A stretch of 64,000 bases of DNA from Heterodontus francisci. Lineage: Eukaryota. Positions 1-11,868 of this stretch are shown here, piece after piece. Positions within the stretch are counted from its first letter, which is position 1, and the number at the start of each line of letters is the position of its first letter. The stretch is from assembly GCF_036365525.1 (NCBI RefSeq), contig NC_090399.1:46346430-46410429 (forward strand). Direction: 5' to 3'. Both the position numbers and the translations under genes were made by a program. The notes beneath the pieces are model-generated. The model ran no database searches. It worked only from the letters and a program-made list of their open reading frames with translations, and had not been told where the DNA came from.

Positions 1-1480
1 TGATAGAGCCACCCTCAAATGGCTCAGAACGCATACTGTCCATCCGACTGTTCACCACCTCTGGTCCAGTACACCTACTCAGGATCTATGCTCCAACACT
101 CTGCTCCCCACCTGAAGTTCTACGAGGAGCTCCATAATATTAGTCGCATCCCCAATACTGAACAACGGTTCCTGCTGGGCGACTTTAATGCCAGGGGTGG
201 GGCTGACCATGACTCATGGCCCTCCTGTCTCGGGCACTATGCCATTGGAAGGATGAATGAGAATGGACAGAGACTGCTTGAGTTGAGTACCTATCTCAAT
301 CTCTGCATCACGAACTTGTTCTTTCATACTAAACCCTGTCTCCAGGTTTCATGGAGACACCCAAGATCACCAGCTGGACCTCATCGTCATAAGGCGAGCT
401 TCCGTAAACCGTGTTCAAGTCACACGCAGCTTTCACAGTGCGGACTGCGACACTGACCACTCCCTGGTGTGCAGCAAAGTTAGACTCAAACCAAAGAGGC
501 TATATCCAAGCAGAAGGGTTGCCTGTGCATCAACACTAACAGAATTTCTTAAGCGCAGCTGTCACATAAGTTTCTAAATTCACTTGAAAAATCCCTTCAA
601 AACACTCCTACAGGGGATGCAGAGACCAAGTGGGCCCACATCGGACGCCATCTATGATTCAGCAATGACCACCTTTGGTAAACGTGAGAAGCCGAATGCA
701 GACTGGCTTCAATCTCCGCTTGAAGAGCTGGAACCAGTCATAGCCGCTAAGCGCATTGCACTGCTGAACTACAAGAAAGCCGCCAGAAGCACCGTGCAAA
801 GAACAGCCAGGCGCTGCGCAAATGACTACTGGCAACACCTATGCAATCGTATTCAGCTGGCCTCCAACACCGGAAACATCAGAGGAATGTATGATGGCAT
901 TAAGAGAGCTTTTGGGCCAACCATCAGGAAGGTCGCCCCCCCCCCACCTTCAAATCTAAATCGGGGGACACAATCACTGACCAATGCAAGCAAATGGACC
1001 GCTGGGTGGAGCACTACCTAGAACTGTACTCCAGGGGAAATGCTGTCACTGTTACTGCCCTCAATGCAGCCCAGTCTCTGCCAGTCATGGATGAGCTGGA
1101 CGTACAGCCAACAAAATTGGAATTCAGTGATGCCATCGATTCTCTAGACACTGGAAAAACCCCTGGGAAGGATGGCATTACCCCTGAAATAATCAACAGT
1201 GCCAAGCCTGCTATACTTTCAGCACTCCATGAACTGCTTTGCCTGTGCTGGGATGAGGGAGCAGTACCTCAGGACATGCGCGATGCCAATATCATCACCC
1301 TCTATAAATACAAAGGTGACTGTGTTGACTGCAACAACTACTGTGGAATCTCCCTGCTCAGCACAGTGGGGAAATTCTTCGCTTGAGTCACTTTTAAACA
1401 GGCTCCAGAAGCTGGCTGAGCGTGTCTACCCTGAGGCAGTGTGGCTTTCGTGCAGAGATCCACCATTGACATGCTGTTCT
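1..1480 (+). mobile_element. Degenerate RTE-clade LINE (AP endonuclease plus N-terminal RT), ends at assembly gap
   Basis: Frameshifted ORFs: LLGDFNAR..GRMNENGQRLLEL..CITNLFF..SWRHPRS (APE), then GKTPGKDGITPE, IITLYKYKGD..DCNNYCGISLLS, AERVYPE..RSTIDMLF, typical of RTE/BovB-like RT. Confidence 0.9.
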
Positions 1481-1680
1481 NNNNNNNNNNNNNNNNNNNN
1501 NNNNNNNNNNNNNNNNNNNNNNNNNNNNNNNNNNNNNNNNNNNNNNNNNNNNNNNNNNNNNNNNNNNNNNNNNNNNNNNNNNNNNNNNNNNNNNNNNNNN
1601 NNNNNNNNNNNNNNNNNNNNNNNNNNNNNNNNNNNNNNNNNNNNNNNNNNNNNNNNNNNNNNNNNNNNNNNNNNNNNNNN
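1481..1680. other. Assembly gap (200 N)
   Basis: Run of N; flanks are unrelated LINEs in opposite orientation. Confidence 1.
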
Positions 1681-2914
1681 TGTGTTGTAGCTTCACCAGG
1701 TTGACAGCTCATTTTGCAGTATGCCTGGTGATGCTCCTGGCATGCCCTCCTCCACTCTTCTTTGAACCAGGGTTGGTCTCCTGGCTTGATGGTAATGGTA
1801 GAGTGGGGGATATGCCTGGCCATGAGGTGAGATTATGGTTGAGTACAATTCTGCTGATGGCCCACAGCGCCTCATGGATGCCCAGTTTTGCATTGCGAGA
1901 TCTGTTAGAAATCTATCCCATTTAGCACGGTGGTAGTGCCACACAACACGATGGATGGTATCCTCAATGTGAAGGTGGGACTTCATCTCCAAGGACTGTG
2001 CAGAGGTCATTCCTACCAATACTGTCATGGACAGATGCATCTGCGGCAGGCAGATTTGGTGAGGACGAGGTCAGGTATGTTTTCCCCTCTTGTTGTTTTT
2101 CCCCCACCACCTGCCGCAGACCCAGTCGAGCAGATATGTCCTTTAGGACTCTGCCAACTCGATCAGTAGTGGTGCTACCAAGCCACTCTTGGTGATGGAC
2201 ATTGAAGTCCCCCACCCAGAGTCCATTTTGTGCCCTCGCCACCCTCCATGCTTGAAGTGCTGTTCAACATGGAGTACTGACTTGTCCAGAGTCAATGTTG
2301 AGGACTCTCAGGGCAACTCCCTCCATACTGTATACCACCATGCTATCACCTCAGTGGGTCTGTCCTGCTGGTGGGACATTGTAAGGTATGATTCCATGAG
2401 TATGACTGTCAGACTGTTGCTTGACTAGTCTGTGGGACAGCTCTCCCAACTTTGGCACAAGCCCCCAGATGTTAGTAAGGAGGACTTACTAACAACAGGG
2501 CTGGGTTTGCCGTTGTTTCCGATGCCTCGGTCAATGCTGGGTGGTCTGTCTGGTTTCATTTCATTTTTTTTTAATGATTTTCGTAGTGGTTAGATACAAC
2601 TGAGTGAAATGGCCCAGCAAGCCACTCGGAGGGCAACCACATTGCTGTGGGCTTGGAGTCACGTGTAGGCCAGACCAGGTAAGGACAGCCGATTTTCCTT
2701 CTCTGAAGGATATTAGTGAACCAGATAGTCAATTGTTGTAAAAACCTATGGTTTCATGGCCATCGTTAGACTAGCTTTTAATTCCAGATTGTTATTAATT
2801 GAATTCAAATTCCACCTTCTGCTGTGGTGGGATTTGAACCCATGTTCCCAGAGCATTACACTGGGTCCCCGGGTTACTCGTCCAGTGACAATACCACTAC
2901 GCCTCCGCCTCCCC
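1681..2914 (-). mobile_element. 5' part of an APE-type LINE (CR1/L2-group-like) with a tRNA-like 5' head and no ORF1
   Basis: Minus strand reads NIWGLVPKLGELSHRL, WVGDFNVHHQEWLGS, HYHRAKWDRF, KPGDQPWF; the 5' end at 2914 starts GGGGAGGCGGAGGCGTAGTGG (A-box-like) with B box GGTTCAAATCC at 2830-2840. Confidence 0.75.
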
Positions 2915-2949
2915 TACTGTACTGAAAAGGCTGGCTAGACTTAATTGAT

Positions 2950-3995
2950 AAGTCACCTGCTCTGGAGGGCTTGTATCCCAGGTTTCCAAAGGAAGTGGGA
3001 GTGAAGATAACAGAAGCCCTTTCCATAATCTTCCAATCTTCCCTAAATACAGTGGTAGTGCCAGAGAATTGGAGAGTGGCAAATGTGATGCTGTTATTCA
3101 AGAAAGGGTGTCAGGGCACTCCTACTAATAGGTCATTTAGTTTAATAGCAGTGGTGGATAAGATTTTTTCCCCCCAATTATTGTTTCTAAAACCAACAGC
3201 CACATGAAGAGGTATGAATTAATTAAGGAAAGCCAGCACAGATTTGCAAAAGGCAGAGCGTGCCTGACTAATCAGTTACATCAAAAAAATCAAATAGAAG
3301 TTTGATAAAGGGAATGCAGTGGATATTTCTACATGGATTTTAGGAAATCGTTTGACAATGTACCACAGAAAAGGCGGGTTAACAACATTTAGGCTCATGA
3401 AATAGGAGAGTCAGTGTGAGATTCAATTTTTTAAAAATTGGCTTGAGGTCAGAAAGCAGCACATCATAGTAAATGGTTGTTTTTTTTTTAGAATGGGGGA
3501 TGGTAGGCAGTGGTCTTCCCCAAAGTTCAGTGTTAGAACTATTGCTTTTTTGATGTATATAAATAACATGGATACTGGAAAACAGAGCAAAAATTTGCTG
3601 ATGATACCAAACTTGAAAGTGCGGCAAACAGTGAGGATGATACCAATCAACTGCAACAGAACAGATAGGCTAGCAGAATGGGCAGGCAAGTGGCAGATGG
3701 AATTTCATAGAGAGAAATGTGAGGTGATGCATTTTGGCAGAAGGGATGGGGAAAGACAATGTAGAATTCATGGCACAGTTCTGAAGAATGTACAAGGGCA
3801 GAGGGACCTTGGGATCCATGTACACAGATCCTTACATTTGGCAGGACATATTGAGAAAGCAGGTAACAAAGCATATGGCATCTTTTGGGCTTCATAAATA
3901 GAAGTACTGAGTACAAAAGCAGGTACGTAATGCCGAACCTTTACAAAGCTCTGGCTAGGCCACAACTAGAGTATTGTGTCCAGTTCTGGTTCAGC
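2950..3995 (+). mobile_element. Degenerate CR1 LINE ORF2 (RT) fragment
   Basis: VPENWRVANV, WAGKWQMEFHREKCEVMHFGR, QRDLGIHVH; many stops and frameshifts. Confidence 0.9.
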
Positions 3996-4097
3996 GCATG
4001 AACCCCAAAACCCAACAGCACCTGCCCACCCCAGCCACCCCCCCCCCCCCCACCCCCCTGCAAACTGAGACATCAGGGTATGAACCCTCAAAACAGA

Positions 4098-4594
4098 AGA
4101 ACATTTGAACTTGGAACAGGAGTAGGCCATTCTGCCCCTCGAGCCTGCTCTGCCATTTAATAAAATCATGGTTGATCTGATTCTGGCCTTAACTCCACTT
4201 TCCTGCTGTCCCCCATCACCCTTGACTCCCTTGTAGATAAAATATCTAACTCTGCCTAGAATATATTCAATGACCCAGCCTCCACTGCTCTCTGAGGTAG
4301 AGAATTCCAAAGACTAATGACCCCCAGAAGAAATTCCTCCTTATTTCTGTCTTAAATGGGAGACCCCTTATTCTGAACTTTGCCCCCTAGCTCAAGATTT
4401 CCCCATGAGGGGAAACATCCTCTCAGCATCTACCCTATCAAGCCCCCTCAGAATCTTATGTTTCAATAAGATCATCTCTCAATCTTAAACTCCAATGAGT
4501 ATAAGCCCAACCTGCTGAACCTTTCCTCATAAGACAACCTCTCTATCCCAGTAATCAGCCAAGTTAACCTTCTCTGAACTGCTTCTAATGCAAT
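4098..4594 (-). mobile_element. CR1 LINE 3' end
   Basis: LEAVQRRLTWLI..LSYEERFSRLGLYSLEF and a CR1-type 3' tail (GGCAGAATGGCCTACTCCTGTTCC). Confidence 0.85.
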
Positions 4595-4731
4595 AATAAA
4601 AGCAAAATACTGCGGATGCTGGAAATCTGAAGCAAAAACAAGAAATGCTGGATTCACTCAGCAGGTCTGGCAGCATCTGTGGAAAGAGAAGCAGAGTCAA
4701 CGTTTCGGGTCAGTGACCCTTCTTCGGAACT
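4595..4731 (-). mobile_element. Short Penelope-derived or SINE-like element with minimal hammerhead ribozyme motif (copy 1)
   Basis: Minus strand AGTT-CCGAAGA-AGGGTC-ACT-GACCC-GAAACGTT-GACT; near-identical to the copy at 25239-25372. Confidence 0.7.
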
Positions 4732-4739
4732 TCAGTTTT

Positions 4740-5175
4740 TCAAATTTTTGCCCGCTCAGTTAACTGAACTATATATCTTTGCAGAGACTTTGATTTCTCC
4801 TCACTACTTGCTTTCATATTTATCTTTCTATCCTCCAAGTTTGGTTACAATACACTTGGCTCTTTCAACCAAGTCATTCAAACAGATTGGAAATAGTTGA
4901 TGCCCCAGTCCCATGCTGTAGCATTCCACCAGTTATAATTTACCAACTTGAAAATGCCCCATTTATCCTGACTGTTTCCTGTTAGTTAGACAATCTCTAT
5001 CTCTGCTGGTACATTACCCCCAACACCATGAGCTGTTATCTTCTGTAATAACCTTTTTATGTGGCACCTTTTATTGAATGCCTTTTGAAAATCTATTTCC
5101 ACTACATCTACTGACTCCGCTTTATCCACCCTGCGTGTTCCATTCTCAAAGAACTCGAATAAATTTATCAAACAG
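4740..5175 (-). mobile_element. Old CR1 RT fragment
   Basis: LINLFEFFE..VDVVEIDFQKAFNK..LLQKITAHGVGG. Confidence 0.75.
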
Positions 5176-5589
5176 AAAACACCAAACCACAGAGAGGAGA
5201 CATTCAGACTTGAAGCCCAAAACACCAAACTGACACAGACATCAGGACATGAATCTCCAAACTACCAATACCCTACCTCCAATCCCACAGAACCCTCCTG
5301 ACCCCCCAAATCGTATTCCCATGGCCTGTGTTCTCTCTCCCCAATCCTCCACTGAACCCCACGCCACACATTCTGAGCCCCACCCATTCCTCCTCCAGAC
5401 CCACTGTGATCCAACCTGATCCGTTAGCTGGAACCTGGGGCACTAATCTGTGTGACCTCCTCCAGCATAAACTACAGAACGGTGAGGTCCGAGGTCCAAA
5501 ATCCAGGCTCCTCCGCATTTGAGCTTGTGCTGTGAACACAGTGTGAGGTGGGGGCGCCATTCCCGAATTTCACCCCAGGGACTTGTGTA

Positions 5590-6072
5590 TCTGAGTTTGC
5601 TCACAACACTAAGTCAGGTAGCACAGTAAATTGTGTGGACAGTGACAGGAAAGTGCTGAAGAACATTGATGGATTAATAGAGCAGATAAAACTGGCAGAT
5701 GTTGTTCAATGTGAGGAAATGATTGGAGTTTAAAATGTTAAAAGGAGTCAATAGGGTAGATCAAGAGAAACAATTTTTTATCTGGTGGTTAAATCAAGAA
5801 CCAGATGACATCATCTTAAAGTTAATGAAGCTGTTCAGGAATGTAATCAGGAAACACTCTATTCATAGAGCAGTGGAAATCTGGAACTCCATCAAAAGGC
5901 TATGGATGTTGGGAGTCACTTCAAACTCTCAAAACTGACAGCAATAGATTTTTTGTTAGAGGGTATCAGGGCAGAGAGAACAAAGATGGAAAGTGGGGTT
6001 GTGGTACAGATCAGCCATGATCTACTTGAGAGGCAGAATATGCTCTAAGGACTGAACAGCCTGCTCCTGTTA
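5590..6072 (+). mobile_element. Old CR1 3' fragment
   Basis: FKMLKGVNRVD, RAVEIWNS and a degenerate CR1 tail. Confidence 0.6.
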
Positions 6073-6339
6073 TGGTCACTCTCCAGCCCCGTGCCCCAGT
6101 CTCTCAGAAACCAAGCTGTTTCTGCAACCACCTCCCCACCCCCCCCCCCCCCCCCCCCCCCACCCTGCAGTCCACCCCCAACCATGGTCTCTCTGTTTCT
6201 GTCTCCACCCCCATATCAAGCTTGGCACTAAAAACCTTTCAGAACCCATTACCCACTTACCAAGGGTTAATGCCCCAGCACCCAGATTGGCACTGCCCAT
6301 CACAGACCCCAGTACTCACCAGCAGAGACCCCACCACAC

Positions 6340-6680
6340 AGAAGGACCAGCACAATCAGACCAATCATTGTTGCTTCCCTCGACAGCCTAGGAGAAGTCT
6401 GTGGAAAATCTTTTTCCTGGAAGTGTCAATTTTCAGTCAGCAAACAGTTCCGTGTACTGATACTGTGTCTCTCAGTCTATGAGCTGTGTCCGTTTCTGAT
6501 TTGCATTAAACCAGAAACTTATTCTGTTGACTCAGAAACCTCCGTACTGATTGGGCACGAACAAACTAATCAGAAAGAAGCAGGCTGTGACTCTGCCCAT
6601 AGCACCTGACAGTGAGAGTTGGAGACAAAACTAACATCATAAACTACCCAATCAGATTAAAAACTCATAGTTCCATTAAC
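6340..6680. promoter_or_regulatory. Non-repetitive island with clustered TF motifs (possible enhancer)
   Basis: TTCCTGGAA (GAS/STAT) ~6414, octamer ATTTGCAT ~6499, TGACTCA (AP-1) ~6528, CCAAT/ATTGG motifs; motif presence only. Confidence 0.25.
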
Positions 6681-6719
6681 TATTGCCAGGGAGGATAAAA
6701 GTTTGACAGTGACAGAGGG

Positions 6720-7450
6720 AACAACATTTGGAACTGAGGGAGGCCCCTCTGCCAGCTACACCATTTCAATTAGATAATTGCTGATCTGCACCATTAATTC
6801 TATTTTCCCAGCTTTTCTCCAAATCCCTTATTCCATTAGCCAATAAAATATATCGCTCTGTTTTAAAAACTTCCATTGTCCAACATCCATTGGAGGAATG
6901 AGTTCCACATGTTTTCTACAGTTTGTGTATCTCTTTTATATAAAAAAAAAATTCTTCCAAATTTCCCTCCTAAACAGCCAAGCTCTAATATTAAGATTAT
7001 GCCCACTCATTCTTGACTCCCCACCATAAGGAATAATTTTCCTGTATCACCACTTTTAATCTTAAACATCTCAATTAGATCACCGCTCAAACTTTTATAA
7101 TCCAGGGAATACAAGCCAAGTTGAGGTAACATCCCTTTAAGCCAATGTATCCCTCTGGTGAACCTGCCCTGCACCCCCTCTTATCTTTCCTGAGATGCTG
7201 TTCACAGATTGAACTGAACCAGGTGGGATCTGACCAAGATTCAGTACAACTGATGTATAACATCCACCACTTTATATTCCAGCACCCCCTCCCCCACAGA
7301 GATAATGGCCAAGATTCCATTCGACAGACTGGTGAAATAGGCAGACACACGGTAGCTGAGCTTGAATGCAGAGAAATGTGAACTCGTGTATTTTGGAAGG
7401 AAGAATGAGGAAAGGCAATATAAACGCAAGAGGTCAATATTAAAAGGGTG
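6720..7450. mobile_element. Highly degenerate CR1 fragments (minus ~6720-7290, plus ~7320-7450)
   Basis: CR1-like 3' sequence on the minus strand; NAEKCELVYFGRKN on the plus strand. Confidence 0.55.
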
Positions 7451-7734
7451 GCACCTCCTCCAGTGCAGCACTGACCCTCCAACTGTGCAAATAAATTGTT
7501 CATTTTTACTTCCTTATAATTGTATTACAATTTCTGAATTTTAATAATATTTATTTTCTGCCACTTTTGCTCTGCATCTCCTATGTTAGCATCAAATGTG
7601 ACATGACAGTCCCTTCAGAAAGTGGTCAGAAGGCACAGGAACCAGCTGGATGTGACGATACTCGTCTGCCTTCTTGATCGGATCGTATCCACTGAATCAC
7701 CATCAATGGCTCCTCTTCCTATTCCTGCACTGTC

Positions 7735-8445
7735 AATCCTCAGGATCGATCTTTGTCCTCCTCCTATTTCCCAGCAACTTGCTGCCCCTCGGCAACATTA
7801 TCCAAAAGCACAGCATTAGTTTTCACACGTACCCTGACAACACTCAGCTCTACCTCACCACCCCTTCTCTCGACCCCTCCACTGTGTTGAAACTATCAGA
7901 CTGCTTATCCGACATCCAGTACTGGATGAGCAGAAAATTCCTGCAACCAGACATTGGGAAAATCTTAACCATTGTCTTTGGTCCCCATGACAAATTCCAT
8001 TCTCTCGCTACCAGCTTCATTCCTCTCCCTGGAAATAACCCCAGACTTTGCATTTGACCCAGAGATGAACTTTTGACCTTCTTTCGTGCCACCATTAAGA
8101 CGGCCTATTTCCCACTCCCCACCATCCCCCAACTCCACTCTTGTCTCAGCTCATTCTTTTGTTCCCTCTGTTCCTGACTATTCCAATGCACTCCTGCTCA
8201 GCCTCCCAATTCCACCCGACATAAACGTCAATTCATTCAAAACTCTCCTGCCCATGTCCTAACTCGCACCAAGTCCCAATTACCCATCACCCCGTGCTTG
8301 CTGACTTGCATTGAATCCCGATCAAGCAATCCCTCTGTTTTAATGTCTCTTCCTTGTTTTCAAATCCCTCCATGGCCTTGCCCCTCCCTATCTCTGTAAT
8401 CTCCTCCAGCTCTAAACCCTCTGAGATACCTGCACTCCTCCAAAT
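7735..8445 (+). mobile_element. L2 LINE RT/C-terminal fragment (resumes at ~9570)
   Basis: LLPLGNIIQKHSISFHTYPDNTQLYL (YADD-derived), CLSDIQYWM, ITPVLADLH-type L2 motifs. Confidence 0.85.
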
Positions 8446-9565
8446 TCGCCAGGGCCAATCAGCTCCAGACCTCATTCCAGCCTGGGTTCAAACATGGACA
8501 GACGTGAGGTGAGAGTGACTGCCCTTGACATCAAGACAGCATTTGACAGAGTATGGCATTAGGGAGTCCTCGAAAAACTGGCGTCAATGGGAATCCAATG
8601 AAAAATTCTGCATTGGCTGGTGTTACAGGACATCACTGCAGGATATCCTCAGAGTAGTGTCCTAGGCCCAACCATCTTCAGCTGCTTCATCAATGACCTT
8701 CCCACCATCATAAATGTCAGAAGTGGGGATGTTCGCTGATGTTTGCACAATGTTCAGCACCATTCTTGACTCCTCAAAGACTGAAGCAGTCTGAGTCCAC
8801 AAGCAGCGAAACATGCATAACATTCAGGCTTGGGCTGATAAGTGGCAAGTAACATTCACACGACACAAGTGCCAGGCAATGACCATCTCAAACAAGAGAG
8901 AATCTAACTATCTCCACTTGACATTCAATGGCATTACCATCGCTGAATCCTCCACTATCAACATCCTGGGGATTACCGTTAACCAGAAACTGAACCGGAC
9001 CAGACAGATGATGACATGAGGAAAACCTTTTTCACTCAGTCAGTGGTTAGGATCTGGAATGTACTGCCTGAGAGTGTGATGGAGGCAGATTCAATTGAGG
9101 TTCAAAATAGTTTTGAAAAGCAAGAATGTACAGGGTTATGGGGAGAAGTCGGGGGAATGGCTCATTAGGACAGCTGGTGCAGACACGATGGGCCGAATGG
9201 CCTCCTTCTGTGCTGTAACAATTCAGTGATTCTCTGATATTAATACTGTGGTTACAAGATGGGTCAGATACTGGGAATTCTGTGGTAACTCACCTCCTGT
9301 CTCCCCAAAGCCTGTCCACCATCTACAAGGCACATGTCAGGAGCGTGATGGAATACTCTCCACTTGCCTGGATGGGTGCAGCTCCAGCAATGCTCAAGAT
9401 GTTCGACACCATCCAGGACAAAGAAGCTTACAAGCTTACTGTGGGTACCAACGTCACACAGACTGCAGTGGTTCAAGAATGCAGCTCACCACCACCTTCT
9501 CAAAGGCAAATAAAGATGGGAAAAAGTGCTGACCTTGCCAGCGATGCACACATTCCTGAATGAAT
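8446..9565 (+). mobile_element. LINE RT and 3' end, probably the same family as 1681-2914, nested in L2; contains a CR1 3' fragment at ~9010-9236
   Basis: VRVTALDIKTAFDRVWH, FADV, WADKWQVTF, IYKAHVRSVMEYSPLAW; tail GACCTTGCCAGCGATGCACACATTCCTGAATGAAT. Confidence 0.8.
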
Positions 9566-9569
9566 CCCT

Positions 9570-9838
9570 GATTTTAATCACTCCACCATCAGCAATGTGT
9601 CTTTAACTGTCTGCTCCCTGAGCTCTGAAATTCTCTCCCAAAATCTCTCCAACTTTCTACATATCTCTCCTCCTTTAAAAGGTCCCTTAAAACATACCTC
9701 AGCAAGATTTTGGTCATCTGTCCTCGTATCTCCTTACGTGGCTCGGTGTCAACTTCTGTTTGATAAATGCTCCTGTGAAGCACCTTGGGATGTTTTATTC
9801 TCTGAAAGGCGCTATATAAATGCATGTTATTTGTTGAA
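9570..9838 (+). mobile_element. L2 3' end
   Basis: TGTGAAGCACCTTGGGATG..AAAGGCGCTATATAAATGCA tail typical of L2. Confidence 0.75.
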
Positions 9839-9939
9839 CTGTGTGGTCTTTGCCCAGTGCTGAGAGATAAACCTACAATAGCTTCTATTTCACGCATGAC
9901 AAATCTCACAAATTTATTGCGGGTTATTGCAGGAGGTGA

Positions 9940-10430
9940 TTTTGAAGTGAAATTCTGCCCCTCGGGCTATCTCACCAGAGGCCTCGGAAACCTCAGCATT
10001 TAGAAGGCAGATTTCAAACCTGCCATTGGCTACGTCCTGCTGCTCCTTCCGACTGCATGGACCAATGGCAGGGGTTGGATCGCCCGTGCTGCAAGCTCAT
10101 TCATAAAGATCCAGCCATGTGTTGCAGTTTCAGACTCTGACTTGTCTGCACTGATACATGTGGGGACTTGCAGTAATCTCTCTCTTCAAGGCCTCAGGAT
10201 TAACATAGGAATATAGGAACATATTGGAACTGCTGGTTTCAGTGCAAATGGAATCCATGTGATGTTCAATTATATTCAATATTTCCTGTCATCTGTTGAG
10301 AACAGCAGATTATTTTCACGTTGAGGAGAGAGAGAGTTAGGGAGGGAGGGGGTTAAAAAAAACTGGCAGCCATCTCAGCACAGAAACTGTGTCAATGACC
10401 AATCAGAAAAAGACAAACAGGGTAAGGCCT
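9940..10430 (+). promoter_or_regulatory. Possible Pol II promoter or non-coding first exon in a unique island
   Basis: ATTGG ~10025, CCAAT ~10062, CATAAA ~10102, later donor-like AGG|GTAAGG ~10421; no coding exon identified. Confidence 0.2.
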
Positions 10431-10894
10431 TGTGACAATTAACTACATGATAATGGTTTTGTAAGACTTTTCGACCACATCAGAGAAAGTATCCACAAAC
10501 CAATCAACTTCCGGACAGAGTGTGAAAAGAGACAATACACCAGAGCACAGAAACAACACTGCCCTGTCAGCAATCGGTGGTCTGGGACTCAATCATGTTT
10601 CACTTCCTTGGAGAACATTTCAAGTCCGGATTTGATTCGTGTGAATTGGAACAGTCACTATGACTCGAGGAAACAGAGCAGGTGTGAGTGCCAGTGAACA
10701 GTGAGCAGCTGGAAATGCATCAATCACAAATGGTGGGGCTGTTAAATGTACAGTAACCACAGCAACCACAATATCAACCAAATTAACAAAAGCAGCAACA
10801 GATCAACAGACATCTAGAACCTGCTTCATCTGCTTCATGGCCCAGCACTAAATAGGCTTCTCCTGCTGTGAGCTCCGTGTTTCATACAAATATG

Positions 10895-11790
10895 CGAACA
10901 TACAATTTAGGAGCTGGAGTAGGCCATTCGGCCCCTCGAGTCTGCCCTGTCATTTGATAAGGTCATGCTGATGTGACTGCGGCCTCAACTCTATTTTCCT
11001 GTCTACCTGCTATAACCTTTGACTCCCTTGTCCATCAAAAATCTATCTAACTCAGCCTTCAAAATATTCAATGACTCAGCCTCCACTGCTCTCTGGGGAA
11101 GAGAATTCCACAGATGAACAACCTTTTGAGAGAAAAATTTCTCCTCATCTCCATCGTAAATGGGAGACCCCTAATTTTTAAATTGTGTCCCCTAGTTCTA
11201 GTCTCTCTCATTCGGGAAAACATCCTCTCAGCATCTACCATGTCAAGTTTACTCACAATCTTATATGTTTCAATAAGATCACCTCTCATTCTGCTAAACT
11301 CCAATGGATGCAGACCCAACCTCTCCAATCTTTCCTCATAAGATAACCACGTCATCCCAGGAATCAGTCGAGTGAGCATTCTCCGAACTGCTTCCAATGC
11401 AAGACTGTACGCAGTACTCCAGATGTGGTCTCACCAGTGTCTTGCACAGCTGGAGCAAAACATCCCCACTTTTATATTCCATTGCCCTTGCAATAAACGC
11501 CATCATCCATTTGCCTTCCTCATCACTTGCTGTATCTCCATACTAACCTTTTGTGATTCATGTATCAGGAGATCCAGATCCCTCTGTCCTGGAGAGCTCT
11601 GCAGTCTCTCTCCATTTCAATAGTAGGCTGCTTTTCTATTCTTCCTGCCAAAGTGAACAAGTTCACATTTTCCCACATTATACTCCCTCGGCCAAATTTC
11701 TGCCCATTCATTGAACCTAACGATATCCCTTTGCAGACTCTTTATGTCCTCTTCACAACCAACTCTGCTACCTATCTTTGTGCCATTTGT
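10895..11790 (-). mobile_element. CR1 LINE 3' fragment
   Basis: LSYEERLERLGLHPLEFSRMRGDLIETYKI..TRTRGHNLK and CR1 tail. Confidence 0.9.
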
Positions 11791-11868
11791 TTTTAAGGTC
11801 CATGGCTAACATGAATCACTTGGAAAAGATTTATTCTGCCAATATCAGAGATCATAAATTAACCATAT

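Noticed and set aside
1400-1760. RTE/other-LINE chimera and ORFs spanning 1199-1823
   Set aside because: Artefact of translating through the 200-N gap
5470-5575. Ig/TCR J-segment-like sequence (CACTGTG heptamer, FGPRT..LTVL-like)
   Set aside because: No nonamer at 12- or 23-bp spacing, the FGxG motif is broken and frameshifted, and there is no good donor
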